From NCBI GenBank assembly GCA_026023565.1, contig JAPETS010000010.1, forward strand, positions 682,001-746,000: a stretch of DNA of 64,000 nucleotides. The letters run 5' to 3'. Both the position numbers and the translations under genes were made by a program. This document shows, piece after piece, positions 1 through 13,942 of the stretch. The stretch's first letter is position 1. Every line of letters starts with the position of its first letter. The notes under the pieces are model-generated. The model worked only from the letters and a program-made list of their open reading frames with translations. It did no database searches and was not told where the DNA came from. The stretch comes from Cirrosporium novae-zelandiae (taxonomy: Eukaryota).

Positions 1-683
1 GTTCACAATCGTGCTCAAAGATCTCGCCAACGGCGTCCCAACAGCTTATGATGATCTCGAGAAACTGCTCACGGACTCGGATCAGCAGATACAGAAAATG
101 TTTGGGAACCTTCCAGATTTCCTAAAGAAGTTGATACAGAGCCTACCAGGGAAGATTAGTTCAACCTTACTAGGCCCCGAATTACTCGCAGCGACGGCGG
201 AGAACCCAGAGGTCCAAACCGACCCGACCAAGGCGCAACAGGCTGCTGCTGCGGCAAAGAAGATGGGAATGAAGACACCCAGCCTTAAGGACATGGTGGG
301 GAAACCTAGTGCAATTGCAGGCATGTTAAGAACCATTGTCAACGCTCTCCGTGCTCGCTTCCCAGCCCTTATGGGAATGAATGTTCTGTGGTCACTGGCA
401 CTTTGTGGTATATCAACTCTTCCCTTGCTAAGATGTTGTGCGTACTAATTTTCAATATCTAGTCCTCCTTCTTGTATTTTGGTACTGCCATAAACGTGGT
501 CGCCAGGTCAGGCTTGAGAATGAACAGATTGCTGTCGATGCCGAGGTTGCACGTCTTGAGGCTGAATGGGCAGCTCTAGAGGCGATGTCCGAGAAGAACG
601 GAAAAGTAGAACCATCATCTTCCTTAAAGCAACTGGAGCCCGACCAACAGCCTAGCGGATCAGCTTCAAAAAGCGAGTCTTAA
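1..683 (+). CDS. Conserved fungal hypothetical membrane-anchored protein, 5'-truncated by the window edge
   Basis: ORFs 11..448 and 438..683 are joined by a GT-AG intron 408..462 (branch site TACTAAT), giving ...NVLWSLALCVLLLVFWYCHKRGRQVRLE: a TM segment followed by a basic/coiled-coil tail. Confidence 0.7.
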
Positions 684-3600
684 CCTCATTTAGCTGGACT
701 TGCTATTAGTAGTCCCAAAATAAGAACTACGAAGGTACGAACATTGGGTTACGATTCTTGTGATACTTGCGATTTTCTCATTTGTCTTTCCTATGAGAGC
801 TTTTTACGGAGTTTTGGATACTCTCGACTACTCCTTATAATGAAATGGAAGGTTTTATGATGTAATGATATGAAATGGAGGGTTTGGTCATGTTAAACAA
901 GCTACTGAATCCAAAAATAATACTTGATTTCCCTGATTTCCTATACTCTTCTGATAACGAGTTGCCAAATTTGGCCCTTATGTCCCCGTTTCTTCTCTTT
1001 CCTTTTCACATACATATCTATGTAGTAGAGTTTGCTCTTCCTTTCACTCTATTAGGCCTAGGTGAGCCCATGAATCTTTTTCCATGTATCATATCTATGA
1101 AGCAGTGAATATTCAAGCATCTCTGACGGAAATACCTCGGCTACAAACGCTGCCATGACATTGAATTTGCTCTCCCACAACCATAAAAGCCCCCCAAAGT
1201 CCCTAATCCCTAACCTCAAGATCTTAACCCTGTTTTTCATTTTCTCATTCTTACATATCTATTTATCGTCTTTTGATATATTGTAACTCGATATTCTTTT
1301 ATATACCTCCATGTTATTGTTTTCAGTCCACAAGATGTATGTTCACTGTGGGTTTTATAATATAATTCTTACGCGTATTGAAGTGGGTTCATTAGACTCG
1401 TTTGTCCACGTGCTATTTCTCCCCTTGTGTTGCTGTTTTTAATTCCTAATTCTTAAACGTATAAGAGTTTTATTATAGCGTCGATAGTTTGACCTTAAGA
1501 ACGCCCGCACGTTCAGATGGAAGGATTCAGTCAAAGGTTTGCTAGGTATATTGAGTACCTTGACGCCTCTCAATCTCTCAATGGAATGACGGTATCAGAG
1601 TCCCAACTCGGTCCTGATGAATGGGAGGACAAGGTGGTAGGTCTGAAGATTGATATTGTAGGAGTAAATATCAAAAAGAATTTCAAGGTGGAAATGATAT
1701 CAAACCCCCCACTTCCGAGCCCTCAATACCAGCTTTCTCATCTAGGCTAGCAAAATGATGCAGCGTATCTACAAGGTTCGTACTGAAAATCCAAGATTTC
1801 AACCTCAAAATAATGGACTTTTTACTCGAAGTTCAAGGCTTCATATACATATATAGGCGCTCCGACCATAACCTCCCTTCAGATTCTGAGGAAGGTGATA
1901 TTGTTGCCGAAACGGGTGTTAGCAATGATGACGTTTTCATGACAGGTGCCCTCCAGGCTGATCTACCAATGACCCCCGTCGGCGGCGCCAATGCTCCTCC
2001 CTTAGGTTCCCTACTAGAGTAGTCGCATATCTATATACTCTACAAACTTCAACTACAACAATTATTAGTGACGATAGCCTCCCCCACGTCTTCACAGTCT
2101 CAAGTATCTACAGCAACTTAAGGAGTTGTCCACCTCCTCTCTCTCCATCACCATCGCCATCGCCATCTATCTCCAGATCGAAAATGGTTCCATGCGTCTG
2201 GCCTCTACTTCATCTAGTAGAACACTCCTACCAGCTCTCTCGCCAAGTGAAAAGCAAAAAAAACTAGCTCCTGAAAAAGCTAACTAATATCACTTGATTA
2301 CCGCAGCCAGATCTTAGCTACAATTATAATATCAATTCTTCTACATTCTATATACTTTACTAAGGCCACATATGACACGATATTGATATCGAGGTCAGGT
2401 CTGGCAGGAGGAGGGCAAGGGGGAAAAGAAGAAGAAGACTATGCAATACCGTCCACCAGCTAACAAAAAAACGCAATATAAAAAACATCGACCACTCCTT
2501 CCCAGGAATCCCTAATCGTTGAAGTTCACAAGAAATATAAAAGACATGAAAGAAAGCGAAAGTAGCGTATATATGGAGTTGAAGGAAGGTGGAAATCAAA
2601 AGAATTAAAATAATCTAATTTGACTATAAATAGGGCAGTGAGCAGAAAGCTAGAGAAATATTAGACCGAAAATCAGATTCAGATCACAAAGTTTGTTTAT
2701 ATCTTTCTATTGATAGTCTAGGATAGGTTGATAAAGATAAAGGGAAGGCCAGAGGGACGTTTGTCGTGCCTTGTGTCTAATGTCGATGTTAGGATGAAGT
2801 AGGTAGACTACTATATTATTATTCTACATTCTCTACTCCATATATACTTCTCATATGAGGTTACCTCCTTTTTCTTAAACAATTCATCTGTCCTTTGATT
2901 TCTTGCCGCTTACTCCGAACGTGCCCTCCATATATTTCAAGAACATGCTCATACCTTGGACTTAAATATGCAAAACGCCCCAAAGACAGGTGCTGCGACT
3001 ATGGATACTCCTCGGCGCTCTCGGGGTGCCCCTGCGGACCCCCACTGGTTCTGTACCTGACACCAGCTTTTCCACGTCTTTAAGGGAGCTTGTCCACGCT
3101 GTACGAATAGGTGTGGATGCTTATTGCACCGTTGTAAGTATGCTTCCCGCATGCCATATATTACTCTAATGTTTATAGCATAATTTTAAAATGCCCGTGT
3201 GGCCTGGGGTCAAAGATGTATCAGACGTTTCGCCTTTTTGCCGCAGAAATATTTTATCTCACCTACCAATAAGCTAGCTCCCTTCTCATCCTCAAAACTA
3301 GCAAATCGATATTTTTAACACTCTCGTCTTGCAAGAACATCCCGAAGGAACATCTAGCGCGTGGCCTCGCAGAATACCTACGCTTCACGGAAAAATGGCC
3401 TGCCTCAAATGTCTGTTCCGCCTCGCAGAGAAGCCTGTGCTCGTGTGTTCTCAGGCCATAAGGTCGTGCGTGTGATGTTTGTCGAAGCCAACATCACTCT
3501 TGTACGGAGATATTATCATTTTCCTTTTTTCCTTTCTTTCCCTTTTCTCTCTCTCTTTTCTTTTTATTCTTTTTCTAGATTCCCTTCTATTTTTACCCTA

Positions 3601-5320
3601 TACTATTCAAAAAAAAGATACAAAAGAGCCATTAGAAGAACCCGGTGGTAGAAAAAAAAGAGGAGACAGAAGGAGAGGAGAGGAATTGTATTGTATTGTA
3701 CTGGCGAGGAGTCTTCTACTGAGCGAGTGTGTGAGTCAAGCGGGGGTGAGTCTGATTGTATGTTGCAAAAGGAGGGGAGGGAATGTGGGATATGTAGACA
3801 GAATGATGATGATGGAGTTACAGTAGTTGATAGGCGCACAAAGCATATGAAAGCTGTAGAGTCATTAAGCAATTTAACTATCATACATGTAAGCCTAGTT
3901 CTTTATCCTATCCCATCCAAATCCAAAGAACCGTTCCACCTCGCTCACCTAGTTATAACGTATACATCCCAGGCCAAACACCCAACAAAAAGCAGCATCT
4001 ACTCGCTCTTTCTATACTGTAGAAACGTCCCAGGCAAGCAAGTGTATAGTACGGTAAGTAAGTACACCTATTGCATTTTCCCCTTTCCAACAGGGCGCCC
4101 GATTATATACATCAATTCCTACCTTACCTACCTTACCTATCACCCCACAACATTTTATTCCCCCTCCCCTTTTTCTCCATCCCCTTAAAAACAAATATCC
4201 TATCCTCCAAGTTCCTCCCCCATCCCCCCATCCCCTAAATGGAGAAAGAAGCACCCCCCTTTCCCCCTTTCCCCCCAATAACAGATTCCACCACCCTCGA
4301 GATTTATTTATTTACATACATATGCTTCCCACGTCCCCCACTCCAGCAACCCCACTTACTCACTCACTTACCAGCACCAGGGCCGCTGGCTTAGAACAAT
4401 TTAGAATTGGAGAACTGGAGAACTTAGATTGGTTGATTGATTGATTTTTTTAGAGGCCTTGATACTAGGGATAAGGGATAAGACTTAGGATAGGGATCGT
4501 AATAGAGGGCTCTTCTTATGAGGAAGGAAGGGAGGCTCTCAAATCTCGGTGGGGGTGTAGAGTATAACCTGTATACCCCTTATCCTACTCCCTATCCTAT
4601 CCTATTCATAATTCCATCCCATCCCATCCTTCCCCCAAAAAAAGGTTGACAAAAAAATAATTATAAACATTTCCTGGAAGGCTTTTGGATGATGATGACG
4701 ATAGCTATATAGTGATGGCAACTGGAAACTGGGGTATAGTACTATACTATTTATTTCAATAAATGAATTGGGTATGAAAGGGTCGAATCAAGTTTTTTTT
4801 CTTGCTGGTTTGGTTGGTTGGTGGTAGTTGTGTTTAGGGCTTAGGTCTTAGGGCTTAGGGGTGGTGTGGCGAGGTTTATATCTTAAGGTAGTTAACTGCA
4901 ACCGCAACTGCAAGTGGCTTCGACGATAGTTTTTGTTAAAATATAATTTTTTGGGAAGGGGATGGCGATTGAAAAAGTATATGAATGAAGCTTTATGGAT
5001 AAGGATAAAATAGATACTTAGAACAAAATGGAGGGTGCGTGATTTTAAAGGAGACAGGGGCTGGCTACCTGGGCTGGTTAAACGGTCAAAGCTGAACGGG
5101 GAGATATATTCATCACAAAGAGCTATTAGAAAATTGCGACGTTGATTGAATGTCTAACGATGATGTTTCGCTATCCGGTCGCTATCCGGTCGCTAGATAG
5201 TATAATCAAGGCCAAGTAATCCATTAACTATCAAGAAAATGCTCTTATGCGGTCTTGTCCCAGAGCCACCCTCCCTTTGTTATATCCATTCCGCGTAAAC
5301 CAGTATGTATTTAATGCAAC

Positions 5321-7554
5321 TTAAAGCAAATGGCAGCCCCAATCCTTGTCTAACCTATCCGTCTTTTCATTGACCACATTTGGCGTATCTGGAGTATATT
5401 CTAGATCTAGAAGTTGCTCCGTCGTCCCAAGCACCCTTAGTTTGTTCATGAACATCCCCCAAAACGTAGTGTCGAAGTCGGGAATTAGTGGACTCAATCT
5501 CTCGTTAACACTATATTCTTCAGCTTCAAGAATTTCAGGAATCAAGACACCCGTTTTAACTTTGGTTTCTAAATTTAGGGGCTGTAGGTTTGGTGTTTTT
5601 GATGGAGAATCTGCTTGCTGGAGAACGTGGTAGGGGTTCTGGGTTGCAAAGGTGGCAAGATTTGGTGAAACATGATTTGCAGTGTTGTCTCGTGGGTTTT
5701 CAAATGTAGTGGGATGGTTAACGGGCGACGATTGCGTTGAGGAAGCATTGTTGGATGAAGGTTGGGAGGGTTTAGGTGGGTTTTGGGATGACTTCTTCAC
5801 TCGCCTTTTGCCTCGTCCATTCCACGTTGGTCCTCTCGTCGGGTATAGGGTAAGACTGGGCTGTATAGATCCAAGTTTATTTTCGGTGGAGTCCGCACCA
5901 GGTACTTTTACTGTTTCCGTAGATTGACTTATAGACCGCCCAACCCAAACTTCGGTCACGACCCTCTGATTGGGAGTAAAACTGGAGGGCTCTCCATCTC
6001 CATTTTCAGAGTAAGATCCGTTCTTATCGATGTTGTAGGAAAGTATGATCATAACCTTGGCTGTCAACATGCTGTCGTATCCTGCCTCGTGCAAAGGGCT
6101 ACTGCCCATGTACTTCATATGGGAGGAAGCCATGTCTAATAAGAGCTATTAGAAACTATAGATTTCATGATGTGGATGTCGCGCATAGGCCTCTTCAGTG
6201 TTCTCCCCGACAAAAAAGATTTTGTGTTCGTACCTTACTAAGGAGGCCTTCGAAAATTTATCAAGTATGGCAAAGGGGCAAATAACATACCTATGATTGG
6301 CCCTTCAGCGTCTTTGAATCGATCCCAGAGGGTTTCAAGAGAAGACGGTTCGTTCACCGAAGCATTACTGTAGGTTGCAAGGTACTTGGTATCGATTATT
6401 CGGGGGAATAATGCATGTATCTTGACTGAGAAGCCCTCAACTCTGTCTGGCAATTGTCCGAAGAAACATTTGTATACGTTCACCAAATCCACAAATAGAT
6501 TGTGACCAACCAATGTGGTTTTCTTGTTCTTTAAACGCTGAAGCATCTTCTCCTTAGCGATGGTGCTGTTTTGGAAATCTCCCTCCATATTCACATCAAA
6601 AACTTCTGGCGGAATTCCCGAGAGGTCCCCGCCTACCATAGCCTCAAAAAGCCAACGGAGGCCAGTCTGCCTCATGATCCCAGAGTCCAATTTCTGGTAG
6701 AATCTTTCCTGTTTTTGCTGTTCAACTTGTTCATCATAGTGCGTTATCTGTATCCAGTCCGGCCATCTTGGCGCAGCAACAAGGCCAGGGAATTCGTTAT
6801 GCACAATTTGATAAACCAATCTCTTCTGGAAGCCAGTGAGGCTAGGCATGGTGTTTGATACATCAAACCAAGGAATGTTCAGATAGTCCTCCACATCAGG
6901 ATCACTCAACCATTCTGTTATGTGATGTCGCACTTCATCCATAAACTGAAGTGACGCGGTATCGAAATCTTGTAGCTCGACATTGCCATGAAATCGATTT
7001 CTACGTCGATCTTTGAGCTTAGCTCTCGCAAGATCTGCTTCGGCTCGAGATAGATATCCCACCCCATAGGCCATAGGTTCTTCAAGGTGAAAATTATTTT
7101 TGATGAGAAATTGGACAGCTGGAAAATTTATTATGAGTTCGTCTTGAGCTTTCCAGGGATGATCAAACCTGAATTTGAGAATGCCCATGTCCGGTCGATA
7201 TCTAGGTTTTCTTCTATCAAAGGTTTCACGTTGAAGTTGAAGGTTCGTAGAACGTAGACACCTAGAGCACATGGAGGTCAGAAGAACAAACAGTCAGGTG
7301 TGCTTCATACCTCTTTCGTAGTCTTCTTCAACACATGTGAGGCCTATCTGCAATATTTGGTATTTCTCCGCAGCTTCCTTGGTTTGTTCATAACGTTCTT
7401 GTAGAGTCTGCTTCCCTCTTCTGTGAGGACCTGATCGGTCATCTCTTTTGTAAATACCGGAAAGTTCAAGATCGAACGCAACAAAGTGCGCGCCAGCAAT
7501 GGCATCCAGCAACAGAGGAAGCTTTTGATTGAAAGTAGCACCACAGATATCCAT
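5321..7554 (-). CDS. CAF1-family (DEDD) ribonuclease, PARN-like poly(A)-specific exonuclease
   Basis: Motifs FVAFDLELSG, KYQILQIGLT, LVGHN, IIDTKYLA and LHEAGYDS. ATG at 7554 (MDICGATF). Introns at 7310..7262, ~7169..7121 and ~6290..6136. Confidence 0.9.
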
Positions 7555-8034
7555 GATGGCTGAATATTTCACCTCAGGAGACAAAGGAAATCTTTGTCAA
7601 AATATTATTATGAGACAAGAATCAAAAAGAAGAGGGAGTAATCAATAAAAAAGTAGTCATTGCTTAGAATGTACTTTCGAAAGTAGTGAATATCCAGTTG
7701 GGAAATGGTTGGGCTTAAGCTCAAGTTCATTGGTAGTTGAGAAAATCTTCACCCATAATTTGTTTTTGTTGGTGATAGGATACTATTAATTTGTGATTCT
7801 AGTTAAAAGAGAAAATTGTTTGATGTTTCTAATTTTCATTTGGATGTATGGATTGTAGTTGTCAATGAATTGATGGAAGGGAAAGTATGAAAAGATCCAA
7901 GTGATGACGCAGAACAAATGAGTGGAACCGAGTGCTTTGTTTAGTGTTCCAGGGCTCCTTACATCAATCAACACCATCATCCCCAATTTCAATCCCACCT
8001 CCTCGTTCCAATCTTCCAATCACCAAATTCATTT

Positions 8035-9510
8035 ATGAGCAGAATGAATGGTTCTACAACTACAGCCACAGTGACGGAAGACCCTGAAACCTCCTGGTCC
8101 TCTTCCCAACCTCTCTCATCCTCCATCACGTCTAATTCTTCCCGTCAGGCATCTTCGCAACTCAGCAAAGTCTACAAACAAGCTTCTACCCTATATCTTA
8201 CGCGCCGTCTACCTGAAGCCCTATCAACACTTGAATCCGTTATCACGGTACCCCAAACCCAAGATGGAAGTGATGGTTTTGAGAACAATCCCCAAGATGG
8301 TACTCCTGGTGTCGCCGCAGTGACCACTGCCTCGAAGAGTACCAGGATCAAGATTTGGAGCTTGTACATAACTCTTTTAAGCGCCATAATTGATCTTGGC
8401 CCTGATGAAGGGAAGAGAACATTCGGGTCTAAAGAATGGAAAGCATTACAGTCCAAGGCAAAGGATGGTAGTGTTTGGGATGAGATTATACAACAAGGTT
8501 ATGGGGGTAATGAAGGCGATGTCGATGCTGACGTTGTAGCAAACTTGTATGCAGTTTCTACCCATATTTGTTCCCATGTACGATTAACAAAGGTCTGATG
8601 CAGGGCAACTTTACTGCTGGCGCATTCTCCTTCGCAAACAACGACACAACAGCGCCTGGAAACTTGGCTTTCAATGGCCGATGTCCCCAACCTTGACGTT
8701 TCCTCGCATATGCAATCTTCACCATCAGGTTCGTCGCGCCGAACAGGTTCTCCGAACAATGGCACAAATACACCACGAGAGTTGAACTCCCAGATTAAGG
8801 TGTTGGAAATTTACAGCCTTCATGTTCTCCCTAAAAACCAGGAATGGGATACGGCTAAGGAGTTTATCAATATGAACGGAATTCTTGATGATGACCGGAA
8901 AGAAGTATTTTTACATGCGCTACAGGATCTTCAGGATGAAATTTCACGCGACGCTGCCAGAGTGGAGGAGATTCAACGGGAACGGGATGCAGAACTAGAG
9001 AGACAACGCGCCAAGGAAGAAGCCCAACGCATAGAAGAGGCAAAGGCTGAAGAGGCCAGAGAGACATCTAGCGACACAACAAACACACCGAAGAAAACAA
9101 GCAGTATAATTGACTACGGAATCGAAAGTGCCAAATCAAAGTCCAGTGCTGCTGCCAACGAGGCCAGACCAACCAGGAGGACCTCCTCCTCCCAGCCAGG
9201 AAAAACCCAACTATCCCCTCCACCACGATCATCGAAACAAGTCAACAAGAAAAACTCGAGCAGCAGTCCACCCGGGATGACCAGACGAGCCTCCTTTATC
9301 GTCAGCGCACTACAGCGCCTAATCTTCCGAATGACACAATCACTCTCAAACAACCCAACCGTAATACTAAAAACATTGTTATTCCTGGTGGGAGTCCTAG
9401 TCGCAATGAGCCGCCAGGAGGTTCGAAAAAGGGTGCAGAGGATCACGAATTCGGGATGGCAGAAAGTCAAGGGGACGGTTGGAATGGGGGTTAAGGTCAG
9501 CTATATATAA
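8035..9510 (+). CDS. PEX26: Peroxin 26 (fungal Pex26, tail-anchored peroxisomal AAA-ATPase anchor)
   Basis: N-terminal YKQASTLYLTRRLPEAL..KIWSLYITLL, central coiled coil, C-terminal TM and GMGVKVSYI end. Intron 8547..8603 joins the two ORFs in frame. Confidence 0.8.
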
Positions 9511-10216
9511 TATAAGAATATAGGATCCAATTGAATTAAAAACTGGATCGAGGTTTTGGATACTTGATTTGTATTATTATTATTATTACTGGATAGATAT
9601 ATATATATATATATATATCGGATGGAAATCATGGTGTTTTTTGGGGTTAAAAGGGGGTGGGGGTTTTGTTTCTTTTTTATTATCAGAAAACTAATTACTA
9701 GACTATAGATATCTATAATAACGTACAAAGTCTACAAGAAATAGACAACTCCCTCCACAAAAGGGCTAAACTGGACTCTCTCCAACTCAAACCTAAAGGT
9801 CAAGGGGACGGTTAGAGGGGGAGTGGGGAGTGGGGAGTGGGGAGTGTTTTGTTTCATTTCCTCGTCAAGATTCAAGAAAAATTAACTTAAATATCTACCT
9901 AGGTAATTAGATATAATTGCCCTATAGACTTATCTATAATACGTATATGCCAACCTCCTTCCCTTTCCCTCTCCCTCTCTTTCTTATCTACAAGTAACAA
10001 ATAACGAATACCTCTCTCCCTCAATTCTATACAGGTCCCTCTCCCTCTCTCTTTCCATAGGTCCTCTCCCCCTCCACTCCTCTTCGCTCTATCTAACCAT
10101 CTCTCCCTCCAAGCAGAAATACAAAGACCCAAAATACAAGATCCAAGCTCCAATAAATCTCTCTCTCTATTTTTTTTCAAAATCTTTAAATTTTCATACC
10201 CTACTATCCCCCTATC

Positions 10217-10600
10217 TTATGACCCCCCCCTCCTCCTCTTCCACTCCTTTATAGTATCAGCCAAACCCCCAGGCCTCTCCGTCAGCATCAGCATCAGCAT
10301 CAGCATCAGCATCAGCATCAGCATCAGCATCAGCACCCCTAATGCGAATGCGAATGTGGCGCCTGCACCTCCCACCTCCCTTCTCAACAACTCAAGTCTG
10401 GAACAAAACACAAACTGCTCCTGTTTTTTTTGCCATCCTTTTTGTTATCTTTGGATCTTTAGTGGGGGTTAGGGGGAGGTTCATGGGAGGGCCATGGAGT
10501 GAGAGCCGGAGTAGAAGAGGGGGGGAGAGGCTGCGATGGATAGGTTGTAATGAATAAGCCGCGATAAATAGGACGGGTATTTGAATTTGGATCTTTGATT
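10217..10600 (-). pseudogene. Degenerate duplicate of the 3' end of the neighbouring epoxide hydrolase gene
   Basis: Encodes KIQIQIPVLFIAA, EVQA.H and LTERPG...EW, matching KIQIPVLFIAA, EVQASHW and VLTERPGEVNGFLEEW at 10720-10905, but broken by frameshifts and an (AGCATC)n expansion. Confidence 0.7.
10283..10336. repeat. (AGCATC)n hexanucleotide microsatellite
   Basis: About 9 tandem copies visible. Confidence 0.95.
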
Positions 10601-10674
10601 TCGTTCCTAGTCTATATCTCTGCCCTCGACCTCCGACCTTCGACCCGCCCGCCCACCCTACAAACCCCACAAAC

Positions 10675-12151
10675 CTATAAACTACTCTTCCCCCCCTCTT
10701 TCTCCACAACCAACCCCCTCCCTTTAAACCACTCCTCCAAAAACCCATTAACCTCCCCGGGCCTCTCCGTCAACACCCAATGCGAAGCCTGCACCTCCCT
10801 CCTCGTCAGATCCGGAACAAACTGTCCCATCTTCTCCGCCATCTTTAATGGCAATGCCACATCGCTCGAGGCTGCTATGAATAGGACGGGGATCTGAATC
10901 TTTAAGTTGTCCATCTTTTCCAAAAGCACCAAATCATCCTCCAGATTCGCCTCATACGTGCGATACCAATTCAAAGGTCCATGCAAACCAGTTCGGGAAT
11001 ATTCTTGAACATAATATTCCAATTCTGCATTACTCATGAGTGGGGGTGGTTGGATCAGTGTAGGGAGTGTGGGGAGGATGAGGCCGTCGGTGGTATTGAA
11101 GCCGCGTTCACCTTGGGGACCGCAGCCGCCGTACATGGCGGTGAAGAATTGGCGGAGGTGTGTGGGGGTGGTGATGGTGGATTCGACGATAGGACTGGCA
11201 AGTTGGAGTTGGTAGCGGAAGTTGGGGAGGTGTGTGTTTATTAGTTCGGTGCGGGGGATGTGGGTGCGGGTGGGGGGGAGGTAGGGGGTGCAAGCTACGA
11301 ATAGGTGGGAGATTAGGGTGGGATGGTGTAGGTAGGTGCGGTAGACGATGGCGCCGCCCCTGTTGTGGGTTGAGTGAGTTAGTTGGGTTAGCTGGGGTGG
11401 GGGGAGATATGGAACGAACCAGTCATGGCCACCAAGGATTATTTGTGTGCAACCTAATTGGCGCGCGAGTTCTGCGATGTCGTCTGCGGAGCGTTGGTAG
11501 GCGTAGAGGGAGATTGGTTCGGGGGGTACGCGGGGGGCGTCCTGAGAGGGTGAGGGGTTAGTTTGGTGTGGTATTGTATGGAGGGTAGAGAGATGACGGT
11601 TTTTTTTTTGGAAAAGTAAAAAGAGGAGGCGCAAGAATCATTGTTTGGAATGTGAATATGAATGTAGATGTGAAATTCAAGTCAGTAGTAGCTCGCTAGC
11701 CATAACATACCGTTCTACCATACCCTATCATATCCGGAGCCACGACTCGGAAGCCCAGTTCCAGGAGCTTGGGAATCTGATACCGCCATCCCATTGAGAG
11801 GTCCGGCCATCCATGGATCTAATAGATGACATGTTTAGTCCAAAATTCGGGTTTGGTTTGGGTTGGTCTCAAGCTAGGTATGAACTTGAGGAGGTCTGCT
11901 GCGTACGAGGAACACGGTGTGCTGGTAGCCCTTCTGAGGGACACCTAGGAGGTAACCTACAAGTGCTTGTTAGGATTGATTGAGGTTTATTGTTGTTGTT
12001 GGGGTGGATGGATGGATGGATGGATAAGGCTGGCTGGAGTGAAGAGGTATGTACATGTATGTGTGTACTAACCATAAGTCTTTCCATTGAGAACAGCGGT
12101 ACAACGTTGGACGCGGGGATCCCCCGTTACGTCAATCTTGTCGACCGCCAT
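10675..12151 (-). CDS. Soluble epoxide hydrolase (alpha/beta hydrolase fold)
   Basis: Spliced exons give MAVDKI.., YLLGVP..TVFL, IHGWPDLSMGWRYQIP..VVAPDMIGYG, GGHDW|GG (nucleophile Asp), NFRYQ, LNWYRT and SHW (catalytic His); 4 introns. Confidence 0.9.
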
Positions 12152-12850
12152 GATAGTAATGATGATGGTGGTGATGGTGGTACAGACAAGAGAGGAGAGG
12201 AGAGGAGAAAGAAAGACAAAAAGATAACAGGAGGAAGAAAAGAAAAAAATAAAAGACAAGACGGGAACGCGTATAGATATATATGTATAGACAAATATAT
12301 TGCCTATACAATATAAGCGTTTTTTAAAACGCCATGGCTAATAGTAAATGTGGTGGGCATAGCTAGATAGCTGTTCACTGGAATGCGGCTAGAACGGTAC
12401 TCGAGTACATCATTCACGTCTCATACGTAGTTATGGCCCCACATTTACTCGCATTGCTTAGGTTGCAACCGAGGCATCTTTCCCTCCGGTTTTTTAGACT
12501 TCAAAGAAAAAAAAAATAGTCATTTAGGTTCGGAGGTTTGGATGGATAGGGAAAATGGTATCCGAACCCCGGGGGGTTATGGGAAATCAAAAGTTCAAGG
12601 GAAACCCTTCTTTGTTGTGCGTTTTAAAAGAACATGTCCATTGTTGGGAATATTGGTTATGGGTTGTAAAGGTGCCGAAGGGTGCAAGTGTGCTTCCATC
12701 ATTCTGAGAAGCCAGTAATGTACAAAACTCCCTGCGTACGCATAAGTATTTCGGAATAATAAACAAGTCCAGCCAAAAACCAACAATTTATCGTCAACAG
12801 AAGTGGTGGGTGCGATACAAATTCCTTTCCCATGTTCCTTTTCAGAGCGC

Positions 12851-13942
12851 TCAATAAATAACCGTGTCTTCTTCCCCTTCCATGACAACCTCTCCATTAT
12901 CCTCCTCCTGAGCTTTTCGCGTCTCCGATACGGGTGCAATGGTTGATTCTTCGGGAACAGTAGTAGTCGATGGATCTTGGTTAGTAGCGTCAACTTTAGA
13001 GGACTCTTCAGAGGGTTTATGTGGATGTGTATCCGAACCCACCGGTTCCGAAGTTTGTGGTGGATCCTGTACCTTTTCTCCTTCTCCTGTATGTTCATGA
13101 GGTGAAGCAGTATTATCTCCCTCTTCTTGACCATCTTGTCGCGTGCTTTCGTCAAAGTCTTGGGTTTCGTTCTGGATGAGAGTTTCCGTGTCTCGGAGCT
13201 GATCGCTGATCCGTATTTCCTCCTCGGGTAGCAGTTCCCACGGTTTGTAATACTAGAAATTATATTAGTATCGGTGGCAATTACTCAATATGTGAGAAAC
13301 AAACCAATCTAGGTTCTGCGTTGGTTTGGAGGAAATTTGCAGTGGCCAAAAGATTCGAATGTCGAGTCTTCATCTGAATGACGGTCAGCACCGATCAGAA
13401 ATCTCGCCACAATATCATCCAAAACATACCGCCAGCCTCTCATATTTCTTCTGTTCCTTCACCCTCACAACCTTAAGCTCTTCTAGCTCTTTCCTCTTCT
13501 CCTCATCGTACTTTTCGGCCTGCTCCTTCATCCTCTGCTGTCTCTTTTCAAAATCTGGTCTTCTTCTATGCTGTGGCCCGGCATTAGAATTCTGTAATAT
13601 CCCTAGCAGTCCGCTCAGCATCCTCCGCCCACGCTTTCGCTCTTCCGCCTGGCCACTATCTTGCCGACTGTGGTGCCTGTCAGCCTTGGGTGATATCGAT
13701 GCATTTTTTACGGGTATGTCCTGAGGCTGGTCCTGCACAATAGACTCGCGACGAGGTCTTTTGTTACCGCTTTCTGAACCGGAAGGTTGTCTTCGCTTTA
13801 AGGTGCCCGACGGAGATGTAGGTGCTTCTTCGGGGTCGGGGAGCGACACGGCCGATTGCAAAGTTCTAGGATCGATTAGTAACAAAAAAAGCATAGAGCA
13901 GTAAAATGTAGAGGGGATTCCATACACGGAAGCATCTGCCAT
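12851..13942 (-). CDS. Pinin/SDK/memA domain splicing-associated protein
   Basis: EERKRGRRMLSGLLG motif, coiled coil, downstream exon YYKPWELLP, C-terminus EGEEDTVIY*; multiple introns. Confidence 0.8.

Noticed and set aside
3361..4278. ORFs of 90-165 aa in low-complexity DNA
   Set aside because: They derive from T-rich/A-rich tracts, several use non-ATG starts, and none has domain features
4833..4862. TTAGGG-like repeats (tttagggcttaggtcttagggcttagggg)
   Set aside because: Only 3-4 imperfect 7-mer units in an SSR-rich region; not a convincing interstitial telomere
5118..6155. 15-bp direct repeat AAGAGCTATTAGAAA flanking the last exon of the PARN-like gene
   Set aside because: An AT-rich 15-mer match is plausible by chance in 64 kb, and there are no other signs of an insertion
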